DNA from: an uncultured Chloroflexia bacterium
GTDB taxonomy: Bacteria > Chloroflexota > Limnocylindria > Limnocylindrales > CSP1-4
Length of the DNA: 64,000 bases
Reading direction: 5' to 3'
NCBI GenBank assembly: GCA_963838285.1
Contig: CAWIQP010000007.1
Span: forward strand, 194,193-258,192
The notes below the pieces were generated by a model. The model was not told the DNA's origin and did not search any database. It saw only the letters and a program-made list of their open reading frames with translations. Below are positions 29,476 through 37,828 of the stretch, one piece after another. Numbering within the stretch: position 1 is the stretch's first letter; each line of letters opens with the position of its first letter. The translations under genes and the position numbers were made by a program.

Positions 29476-29876
29476 CTCAAACGCCCTGATCCTTCTGGGC
29501 ACGACTGCGCCCGGTCCCGACGGCTCGGTCTCGCCATTGGCCCTGCGCGACGGTCGAGGCGACCGTGTGGGGACGCCGCGCTGGTGGGAACCCGAAGACT
29601 CCCGCGCCTGCCTGCCGTGTCGGCGGAGTGTGGGCGCTCTCCGGCCGACAGGATAGGCCGGGACCGGAGGGTGGTACCGGCGCGGCGATTCCGGGCATTC
29701 CGTTGCGCCGGCCGGACGGCAGCGGCGCTGTGCCGGCGGATGGACAGACGGCGCCCGAATCCGGGTAGATTCACGGACGACGCACGTTGGCGTGGCCGCC
29801 GCCCTGAGAGCGTCGGCCGAGCGCGACGAACCAGTCGCGCCACCGCGCGATCGCCTTGCCCGCCAGGAGGGAATCG

Positions 29877-30335
29877 ATGAGCGTCTCCTTCACGCACGTC
29901 CCCCATCCGCACATCGCCAAGCGCCGGCAGTCGGGGCCGCCGAAGACGACCGACGAGCACGTAGGCTTCAACGGGAAGATCGCTCTCACCCTCACGACGG
30001 TCGTGGGGACGATGTGGTGCGCCTACGCCTTCGCGGTGCTCGCGCTGGTCGCGCTGCCGTCGGCCCTTCAGGGAGGCTCGCTCCTCGACCTCATCCAGTG
30101 GATCAGCCAGACGTTCATCCAGCTGGTCATGCTCTCCGTCATCATGGTGGGTCAGAACATCCTCTCCCGGGCATCGGACAAGCGCGCCGACATGACCTAC
30201 CAGGACGCCGACGCCACCTTCCACGAGTCCGAACAGATCCAGGCGCACCTGCTCGAGCAGGACCACGCCATCAACGAGCTGCTCGACAAGATCGCGAGCC
30301 TCGAGGCGGCGCTGCTGAAGGCGAAGCAAGCCTGA
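29877..30335 (+). CDS. DUF1003-family membrane protein
   Basis: Two TM helices (MWCAYAFAVLALVALP; FIQLVMLSVIMVGQNIL) and the QNR/ILSRA...D motif. C-terminal coiled coil. Confidence 0.6.
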   Translation: MSVSFTHVPHPHIAKRRQSGPPKTTDEHVGFNGKIALTLTTVVGTMWCAYAFAVLALVALPSALQGGSLLDLIQWISQTFIQLVMLSVIMVGQNILSRASDKRADMTYQDADATFHESEQIQAHLLEQDHAINELLDKIASLEAALLKAKQA

Positions 30336-30502
30336 CGTTTGGGCCGCCGGTGGAAGCCGGCGACCTCCCCGGGTTCCGACCTAGCCGCTCGGCGGCTCGG
30401 CCGTTCGCGGCGGCGCCGGTTCGGCTCCGCGGCTCCCGCGCGGCTCGTCCGCTCCGGTTCCGAGGCGGCTCGGCCGTTCTGCCGTCGGGCCGCCGCACGC
30501 GG

Positions 30503-31087
30503 TCAGTCGCGGCGCCAGAGGTTCGAGATCGGCTCGCCGCGCCCCGCGATCGCCGCGACCTGCTCGACATGGGCCGCGCGCGTCTCCGGCCGTTTGGCCT
30601 GGTAGACCCAGGCGAGGGCGCTCCGGCGGACCGAGGCGGAGCTTGCGTCGAATAGCTCTCGCGCCCCCGGCCGTTCGGCGAGCGCCGCGGCGAGATCGTC
30701 GGGCACGACCAGGCCGTCAATGGCGTCCATCGATTCCCAGGAGCCATTGGCGCGGGCGAGGGCCACGGCCGCCAGCCCCGCCTCCGACATGAGGCCCGCA
30801 GCTTCGAGCCGCGCCACCCGCTCCTTGTTCGATCGGGCCCAGGTGCTCTTCGACCGGCGCGGGGCGAACCACTGCATCGAGCGGTGGTCGTCGACACGGC
30901 CGAGCACGCCGTCGACCCAGCCGAAGCACAACGCCTCCTCGACGGCGTCGTCGGAGGAGACGGTTGGCTTGCCGGCAGCCCGCTTCCACGTCACCAGCCA
31001 GACCCCGCTCGAGGCCCGATGGTTGGCGGCGAGCCACTCGCGCCACTCCGCGCGAGACGCCGGCTGGAACCTGGGCTTGTCGTCCAT
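30503..31087 (-). CDS. YdeI/OmpD-associated family protein (DUF1801-like)
   Basis: ...EWREWLAANH...GVWLV...EALCFGWVDG... matches the YdeI family. Confidence 0.7.
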   Translation of the reverse strand: MDDKPRFQPASRAEWREWLAANHRASSGVWLVTWKRAAGKPTVSSDDAVEEALCFGWVDGVLGRVDDHRSMQWFAPRRSKSTWARSNKERVARLEAAGLMSEAGLAAVALARANGSWESMDAIDGLVVPDDLAAALAERPGARELFDASSASVRRSALAWVYQAKRPETRAAHVEQVAAIAGRGEPISNLWRRD

Positions 31088-31184
31088 GCCGCGAAGTATT
31101 GGTCGAATCTCCCGCGCATGCCCGGATGTAGGCGAACCGCCGGCCCCTGAAGACGCGGATGGGACTCGCTATCCTGCGGCTATG

Positions 31185-32468
31185 ACTGAGCTTGCGTTTC
31201 CGGACGGATTCATCTGGGGCACCGCGACCTCCGCGCATCAGGTCGAGGGCGGCAATTCGAACAGCGACTGGTGGGAGTGGGAGCTGAAGCCGGACACTCC
31301 CTGCCGGGAGCCGAGCGGCGCCGCCATCGATCACTACAACCGCTACGGTCGAGACGTGGCCATGCTCGCCGGGCTGGGCTTCAACACTTACCGCTTCTCG
31401 GTGGAGTGGCCCCGCATCGAGCCGAGCGAGGGCAGCTTCGACGAAGCCCAGCTCGAGCACTACCGCCGCGTGGTCGAGGCTGTTCGCAAGAGCAATCTCA
31501 CCCCGATGGTCACGCTCTACCACTTCACGCTGCCCATCTGGGTGGCGAAGAAGGGCGGCTGGCTGGCGGACGAGACGCCGGCGCTCTTCGAGCGCTACGT
31601 CCGGCGCGTCGTCGAGGCCCTCGGCGACGGGGTCGACTGGTACTGCACGATCAACGAGCCCGGCGTCGTCGCCTACGGCGGCTACATGGGCGCCATCGGC
31701 TTCCCGCCCGGAACCCACGGCCTGACCAACTGGAAGCGGGCGGCGCGGGGCCTGGTCGACGCGCACAGACGGGCCCTGGCGGCCGCGAAGGAACTGCGCA
31801 CGAGCGCGCACGTCGGCCAGACCCATTCGATGCAGGAGTGGGAGAGCAACGCCGGCGGTCGATCGGCCATGGAGTACGCCCGTCGCATGAGCGAGGACGT
31901 CTACCTGGAGGCGTCCCGTGAAGACGACTTCGTCGGCGTCCAGACTTACACGCGCGCCCGGATCGATCTGCCCCGACCGGTCGGCTGGCTGACCAGGGCC
32001 GCCCTGGCGGTGGGCCCGATCGAGAAGGTCGTGGTGGCGCAGACCGTCAAGCGCCGCGACGACAACAACCCCGCTGCCGATCCTCGAGATGGCATCCGAC
32101 GGACGGAGATGGGCTACGAATACCGCCCCGAGGCAGTCGCCGCCACGGTTCGGCGAGTGGCGGCGCTCATGCCCGGCAAGCCGATCGTGGTCACGGAGCA
32201 CGGTGTCGCCGCGTCCGACGACGCCGAGCGCGTCGAGTTCATCCGGGGCGGCCTGGAGGCCCTCCACAGGGTTCTCGACGACGGCATCCCGCTGCGCGGC
32301 TACATCCACTGGAGCGCGTTCGACAACTTCGAGTGGGCGCTCGGCTACGCCATGCGGTTCGGCCTGATCGCGGTGGACCGGACGACTCAGGAACGCACGC
32401 CGAAGCCTTCGGCGCGGTTCCTCGGGGACGTGGCGAAAGCCAACAAACTGACGGTCCCGGATCGGTAA
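31185..32468 (+). CDS. GH1 beta-glucosidase
   Basis: FIWGTATSAHQVEG, catalytic acid/base TINEP and nucleophile region VTEHGV (I/VTENG-type) are the GH1 signatures. Confidence 0.9.
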   Translation, partial: TELAFPDGFIWGTATSAHQVEGGNSNSDWWEWELKPDTPCREPSGAAIDHYNRYGRDVAMLAGLGFNTYRFSVEWPRIEPSEGSFDEAQLEHYRRVVEAVRKSNLTPMVTLYHFTLPIWVAKKGGWLADETPALFERYVRRVVEALGDGVDWYCTINEPGVVAYGGYMGAIGFPPGTHGLTNWKRAARGLVDAHRRALAAAKELRTSAHVGQTHSMQEWESNAGGRSAMEYARRMSEDVYLEASREDDFVGVQTYTRARIDLPRPVGWLTRAALAVGPIEKVVVAQTVKRRDDNNPAADPRDGIRRTEMGYEYRPEAVAATVRRVAALMPGKPIVVTEHGVAASDDAERVEFIRGGLEALHRVLDDGIPLRGYIHWSAFDNFEWALGYAMRFGLIAVDRTTQERTPKPSARFLGDVAKANKLTVPDR

Positions 32469-32992
32469 TCCGGGCGTTGCCCGGGCCCAGACAGCACGAG
32501 ACCGGCGCCTTCGCGCCGGTCCTGGCTATCGCGTCGCGGCAGGAGCGCTGGCCCCTACCGCGCGGACTTGCCAGCGCGAGTGTCACCGCTGATGTTCCCC
32601 GCGCGAGGTCTCCATTCAAGGTTGAATGAGCCGCGGACCAGGCCGGCCGTGAACGGGTGTGCCCCGCCTTCACCGCGAGCAAGTCGCGAACCTTCGGCCG
32701 CCGTCGCTGCCTTCATCAGACCTCCAGAGAACCCTGGCGCGGATGAGACGACCCCACCGTACGCCCGCATATCGGCGATAGCAATACCCGATCGGATGGG
32801 GCCTGATAGGAAAGGCGTTTCCCCTCAAGATCGTTCTTCCAGCCGATGCAGCCGATGCCTCTCATGCGAAGACGGCGCCGCCGGAATCGCGTATGTTCCG
32901 CCGCCCGTGGCGGAACGTAGACTAGGCCGAAGTCGCGCACGCTCCGCCGCCCGTAGCGGAACGGCGATCAGGCGACAGGAGTCATCCGCACC

Positions 32993-34258
32993 GTGACGGA
33001 CAGCGCGCCTCAGCTCGGGCGATCGGCCTCTCCGGTCACCGAGTGGGCCCTCGACCCGACCGTGACCTTCCTGAATCACGGTTCGTTCGGGGCGTGTCTC
33101 AGGGCGATCCTCGAGGTCCAGCGCGGCTGGCGCGACAAGCTCGAGGCCCAGCCGGTCCGGTTCCTGGCCCGCGACCTCGAGGATCTGCTCGACTGGGCGA
33201 GGTCCGAGATCGGGGCGTTCGTGTCGGCGGACGCCGACGACCTGGCCCTGATGACGAACGCCACGGCCGGGGTCAACACGGTCCTGCGGTCGCTGCGCTT
33301 CGAAAAGGGGGACGAGATCCTGGCGACCGACCATGCCTACAACTCCTGCCTGAACGCGGTGCGGTTCGTCGCCGCCCAGTCCTCCGCCAGAGTCGTCCTG
33401 GCCCGCATCCCCTTCCCCATCGCCTCGCCGGACGAGGCGTTCGACGCGATCATGGGCGCGGTCACGCCCAACACCAAACTGGCGATGATCGAGCACGTCA
33501 CGAGCCCGACGGCGCTGGCCCTCCCCATCGAGAGGCTCGTGCCGGCCCTGACCGAGAAGGGCGTGGACGTGCTGGTGGACGGCGCCCACGGCCCGGGCAT
33601 GATGCCGGTGGGGCTGCGGGAGCTGGCCCCGCATTACTACGTCGGCACGACCCACAAGTGGATCTGCGCTCCGAAGGGGACGGCCTTCCTCTTCGTCCGG
33701 CGCGACCGCCAGGCCCTGGTCAAGCCGTTGTCGATCTCCAGCGGCGCCAACGACCTGCGCATGGACCGCTCGAGGTTCCGCCTGGAATTCGACTGGACGG
33801 GCACTTTCGACCCGAGCGCCTGGCTGACGATCCCGGCGGCCATCGACGGCCTGGGTGAGATGCTGCCCGGCGGATGGCCGACGCTGATCTCCACCAATCA
33901 CCAGCTGATCGTTGCCGCCCGGGACATGCTGGCCGAGGCCCTGCACACGGACGTCCAGGCGCCCGACTCGATGACGGGGTCGATGGCGACTCTGCGGCTG
34001 CCCGGCGGACCCTGGCCTCGGGACGAGGCGGCGCGAAGACTGTCGATGATCGACTCCGCCATGCGCGGCCGGCGATTCGAGGTGCCGCTGATGATGTGGC
34101 CGTCGCCGTGGCTGCTGGACTCGGGCGACCTGCCGGAGTCGACCGAGTTCGAGCTGATGGTGCGGATCTCGGCCCACGCCTACAACTACCTGGGCCAGTA
34201 CGAGCGCCTGGCTTCGATCCTGCCGGGTTACGCGGGAGTCAACCGCCCGACGAGCTGA
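32993..34258 (+). CDS. class V aminotransferase-fold PLP enzyme (isopenicillin-N epimerase / cysteine desulfurase-like)
   Basis: LNHGSFGA...MTNATAGVNTVL...VDGAHGPGMMP...TTHKWICAPKGTAFL (PLP lysine in the HK motif). Confidence 0.8.
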   Translation: MTDSAPQLGRSASPVTEWALDPTVTFLNHGSFGACLRAILEVQRGWRDKLEAQPVRFLARDLEDLLDWARSEIGAFVSADADDLALMTNATAGVNTVLRSLRFEKGDEILATDHAYNSCLNAVRFVAAQSSARVVLARIPFPIASPDEAFDAIMGAVTPNTKLAMIEHVTSPTALALPIERLVPALTEKGVDVLVDGAHGPGMMPVGLRELAPHYYVGTTHKWICAPKGTAFLFVRRDRQALVKPLSISSGANDLRMDRSRFRLEFDWTGTFDPSAWLTIPAAIDGLGEMLPGGWPTLISTNHQLIVAARDMLAEALHTDVQAPDSMTGSMATLRLPGGPWPRDEAARRLSMIDSAMRGRRFEVPLMMWPSPWLLDSGDLPESTEFELMVRISAHAYNYLGQYERLASILPGYAGVNRPTS

Positions 34259-34319
34259 CGGGCGCCGCGCCCGCCCGATGGGTTCCGCTCGCCTGCGCGC
34301 CATCCCATCCCGAACCTGG

Positions 34320-35624
34320 TCAGGTCGTCGCCAGCGGCCCCGCCCCATCGACGACCGCCACGGGGTAAACACGGCCCCGCAAGCCAGTCCTGCGGTCGTA
34401 GTCGCGGCCGACCGCCGCCTGGAGCGCCGGCACGGCATCCTCCAGCACGAGGTTGACCGTGCAGGCCCCGACGCCGGAACGGGTCATTCGGGCCGCGACG
34501 ACGCCGCGGATCGAGCCGGCGACCTCCAACATCGCCTCGATCGCCGGAGTGCTCACCTCGTACGTGTCCCGCAGAGACGCATGCGACGCGGCGAAGAGCC
34601 GGCCGAGTCGGTCCAGATCGCCCGCCTCCATGGCCGCGGCCGCCGCCATGACTCGTGCGCTCTCCGAAACCACGTGCTCGGCCCGCCTGGCCACGTTCTC
34701 AGGCAGGATGGCGCGGTGCCGGCGGAGCGTCGCCGCGTCCAGGTCCCGCAGCGAGCACAGCCCCGGAATGCGCTCCGCCAGGAGAGCCACCGCCCGGGCG
34801 CAATCGGCGCGGCGCGACTCCAGGACCGAGGTGCTCGTGCCCCGTCCGGAGCCGGTGTCGCAGACCACCACGCGAACCCCGGCAGGCAAGGCCACGTGGC
34901 GTCCCTCGAGGGAGCGGCAATCCAGGAGCAGCGCCGTGTCCTTGCGGCCGGCGGCGCTGGCAAACTGGTCCACGATCCCGCAGTCGACGCCGACGTAGTC
35001 GCGCTCGGCGCGCTGGGCCAGGGCCGCCAGAGCCGGAGGGGCCACCAGGCGCCTGTCGCCGATCAGGGCCATGGCGGAGGCCAGCTCCAGCGCCGCCGAC
35101 GAGCCGAGGCCGGTCCCATTTGGGATCGAGGAATCGACCACGCCGTCGAAGCCACGGACCGGGAGGGCGGCTTCCCTCAACGACCAGGCAATGGCGGCGA
35201 CGTAGTCGCTCCAGCGAGTCTTGCGGGGCGTGGCACTCGGGGCAGCGGCCGCGCCGGCGGCCGCTGCCGGGCTCGCGACCAAGGCCCTGTCCGCCGTCGC
35301 AAAGGGGCGGACGCCGCCGGACGCGCCGACCGGCGAAGGCGGCGCCAGGTCGTCGATCCAGAACGAGCCCGCATCGCGCGAGTGCCGCGAAGCGATCCTG
35401 ACCAGCCCGTCCCGACGGCGCCGAAACGCGACCCACATGTCCAGCTCGATCGCGGCGAGCAGGACGAAGGCCTCGTTTCCATCCGCGTCGTCGCCTATCA
35501 GGCCGACGCCCCCTGGGGCGCGAGCGATCTCGACGCGCTTCGAGTCGGTCGCCGGCCCGTATTCGGCCTCCAGGGCGGCCGTCAGCATGTCGATTCGCGT
35601 GCGGTCGGGCCTGGTGAGCACCAT
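34320..35624 (-). CDS. galactokinase-family GHMP kinase
   Basis: GHMP ATP-binding motif PNGTGLGSSAALELA and C-terminal GHMP domain (GARMTRSGVGACTVNLV). Confidence 0.75.
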   Translation of the reverse strand: MVLTRPDRTRIDMLTAALEAEYGPATDSKRVEIARAPGGVGLIGDDADGNEAFVLLAAIELDMWVAFRRRRDGLVRIASRHSRDAGSFWIDDLAPPSPVGASGGVRPFATADRALVASPAAAAGAAAAPSATPRKTRWSDYVAAIAWSLREAALPVRGFDGVVDSSIPNGTGLGSSAALELASAMALIGDRRLVAPPALAALAQRAERDYVGVDCGIVDQFASAAGRKDTALLLDCRSLEGRHVALPAGVRVVVCDTGSGRGTSTSVLESRRADCARAVALLAERIPGLCSLRDLDAATLRRHRAILPENVARRAEHVVSESARVMAAAAAMEAGDLDRLGRLFAASHASLRDTYEVSTPAIEAMLEVAGSIRGVVAARMTRSGVGACTVNLVLEDAVPALQAAVGRDYDRRTGLRGRVYPVAVVDGAGPLATT

Positions 35625-35626
35625 GG

Positions 35627-35839
35627 CACAGATGCTAGCGCCCCGGGACCCGCGCGATCTCCCCAGCGGGGCCTGTGGCCGTCGCCGGTGCGACGCCGGC
35701 GCTCACCGCTGGAGGCGACCGCCGCCATGGCAGCCACACGACGCGCGGCCGCTCCATCGGCGCCCCGCTGTGGCCCGCCGCAGGCGCGATCCCAGCGCTC
35801 ACCGCTGGAGGCGACCGCCGCCATCGGCTAGCATCTCCC
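35627..35839. repeat. intergenic nested repeat: 9-bp inverted repeat GATGCTAGC/GCTAGCATC flanking two about 33-bp direct repeats (GCGCTCACCGCTGGAGGCGACCGCCGCCAT) 97 bp apart
   Basis: Read directly from the sequence, in the divergent region between the GHMP kinase (−) and the Cys/Met PLP enzyme (+). Confidence 0.5.
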
Positions 35840-35840
35840 A

Positions 35841-37043
35841 ATGGCCCGCTTTTCGACTCGCGCAATTCTGGCGGCGACCCGGTCGCCCGAAGTCAACCAG
35901 ATGCCGTCCGCCGTCCCGATCTACCAGGCCGCAGCCTTCTCGACCGGCGACGCCGAGGAGCTGGGCGACGTCCTGACCGGCGCTCGGCCGGGCTATGCCT
36001 ACAGCCGAATCGACAATCCCACCACGGCGGCGCTTGGCGACGCGGTCGCCGATCTGGAAGGCGCGGAGGCCGGGCTTGCCTTCGCCTCCGGCATGGCCGC
36101 GATCCACGCCGCGATCCTCTCGACGGTCCATGCGGGCCAGACGATCGTTGCGACGCAGGCCGTGTACGGCACCACGCGCGACCTCCTGGTCCGGATTCTG
36201 GCCGGTCTCGCCATCGCGACCGAGTTCGTCGATCCCACCGACCTCCCCGCCGTCGACGCCGCCCTGGCGCGAACCGGCGCCCCGGTGCTGTACGTCGAGA
36301 CGATCTCGAACCCGACCATCGTCGTATCGGACATCGCAGAGCTCGCCGCGATCGCGCACCAGAGAGGGGCGCTGCTCCTGGTCGACAACACGTTCGCCTC
36401 GCCGTACGCCTGCCGGCCGATCGAGCGGGGCGCCGACCTGGTGATGCACTCCGCCACGAAGTACCTCTCCGGCCACGCCGACGCTCTGGCGGGCGTCGTG
36501 GTCGGGAGCCGCGAGCGAGTCGACGCCCTCCGCCCGATCCTGGTGGACGCCGGTGGCGCGCTCGCGCCGCTGGCCGCCTTCCTGGTGCTGCGCGGCCTTC
36601 CTACCCTCGCATTGCGGATGGAGCGGCACAGCGAGACGGCCCTCGAACTGGCGGCGTGGCTGCAGGGCCAGGACAACGTCGAGCGGGTTCACTACCCCGG
36701 GCTGGCGCAGGATCCCTGCCACGCGGTGGCGGTGAGGCAGCTCGACGTCTTCGGCGGCATGCTGGCCTTCGAGCTGAGCGGCGGCCGCGAAGCCGGTCGA
36801 GCGTTCCTGGACGCGATGCGGATCGCGGAACGAACCGCCTCGCTCGGGGCGGTGCGGACGATCACGACTCACCCGCCCTCAACCACGCACCGCCAGCTGG
36901 ACGCGGCCGCCCTGGCGGCGAGCGGCATCGCCCCGGGCCTGCTGCGCTGCTCGGTGGGCCTCGAGGACGTGGAGGACCTGCGCGAGGACTTCCAACGCGG
37001 CCTCGAGGCCGCCCGCGAGGTCGGCGGGGCGCCGTCCAGGTAG
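35841..37043 (+). CDS. Cys/Met-metabolism PLP-dependent enzyme (cystathionine gamma-synthase/lyase or methionine gamma-lyase family)
   Basis: ...VDNTFASPY...DLVMHSATKYLSGHAD... (PLP lysine in SATKY), the MetB/MetC/MGL fold. Real start may be the ATG at 35901. Confidence 0.85.
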   Translation: MARFSTRAILAATRSPEVNQMPSAVPIYQAAAFSTGDAEELGDVLTGARPGYAYSRIDNPTTAALGDAVADLEGAEAGLAFASGMAAIHAAILSTVHAGQTIVATQAVYGTTRDLLVRILAGLAIATEFVDPTDLPAVDAALARTGAPVLYVETISNPTIVVSDIAELAAIAHQRGALLLVDNTFASPYACRPIERGADLVMHSATKYLSGHADALAGVVVGSRERVDALRPILVDAGGALAPLAAFLVLRGLPTLALRMERHSETALELAAWLQGQDNVERVHYPGLAQDPCHAVAVRQLDVFGGMLAFELSGGREAGRAFLDAMRIAERTASLGAVRTITTHPPSTTHRQLDAAALAASGIAPGLLRCSVGLEDVEDLREDFQRGLEAAREVGGAPSR

Positions 37044-37529
37044 GGCCGAGGCCGCGAGGGCGGCGTGGCGAAGGGGCGCCGCGGAGCGTGGCGGGGTGCG
37101 GGCGGGGAGGGCCGCCGGACGGGACGGGGCCGCGAGGGGTGGCGCGCGGGCGTGGCGGGCGGCGCCACTCGGCGCGGGGCGTTGCAGGGCCGCGGGGCGG
37201 GGCGCGGGGGGCGCAGGGCGGCAGGGAGGGGCCGCGGGGCGGCGCGGGGCGTGGCGGGCGGCGCAACTGGGCGCGCAGGGCAGCCCAGACCCGACCACCC
37301 GACGCGATTTCCGAATTCACACCAGGACGACACCGAGCAAGACTCGACGGCCCGAGCCCAGCGAAGAACCTGCGACCGACTCGGTGGAAGGGTCAATCCA
37401 CGCTCAATCCGGTCGTCTCGGATGCTCCTGCGAGACACGGGCCCCGTCTGCCCCTCCGCGCACGACCCACCGCCTGCCCAATGTCGCTCTGATGTGAATT
37501 GGGAAACTTGCCCACGACGGGGCCGCACG

Positions 37530-37760
37530 GCGGACCCGGTGCCGCCACGGGATCCCCGGCACCCGCCCCGGGACCCGGCGCCGCCACGGGACCGGCCCCC
37601 ACGGAACCTGGCGCCGCCACGTAGCCTGGCCCGCCACGTAACCCCGGCACCCGCCACGTAACCCGTGCCCGCCGCGTAACCGGTGCCGGCACGTAGCTCC
37701 GGAATCCGCCACGTAGCCCGCGTCGGCCACGTGACCCGTGCCCGCCACGTAGCCACGGAA
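37530..37760. repeat. tandem array of about 12 degenerate 17–18-bp units, consensus (C)CGCCACGTARCC-N4–5
   Basis: Visible periodicity of CCGCCACGGGA/CCGCCACGTAGCC/CCGCCACGTAACC/GGCCACGTGACC every 17–18 bp. Lies between the convergent PLP gene and glnN. Preceded by a G-rich low-complexity tract (37044–37300). Confidence 0.6.
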
Positions 37761-37767
37761 CCCGGCC

Positions 37768-37818
37768 GGGCACAAAGAAGCCGCCTCCCCCGGCCGCAGG
37801 ATCGGGAGAGGCGGCTTC
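37768..37818 (-). terminator. rho-independent terminator of glnN (11-bp perfect stem GAAGCCGCCTC/GAGGCGGCTTC, 20-nt loop, T-rich tail on the minus strand)
   Basis: Hairpin about 10 bp downstream of the glnN stop (37829–37831). Minus-strand tail is TTCTTTGTG. Confidence 0.6.
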
Positions 37819-37828
37819 GAAACGTCGC

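Noticed and set aside
37530-37760. Possible CRISPR array, given the regularly spaced repeat CCGCCACGTARCC.
   Set aside because: The period is only 17–18 bp with no unique spacers between units. The repeat is degenerate and no cas genes are nearby. It is a microsatellite-like tandem array, not a CRISPR.
36862-37773. Overlapping ORFs in 36.86–37.77 kb encoding repetitive Arg/Gly/Pro/Ala peptides (for example 'GYVAGTGHVADAGYVAD').
   Set aside because: The periodic amino-acid pattern is just the translation of the non-coding G-rich tract and the 18-bp tandem DNA repeat. No start, RBS or homology support is present.
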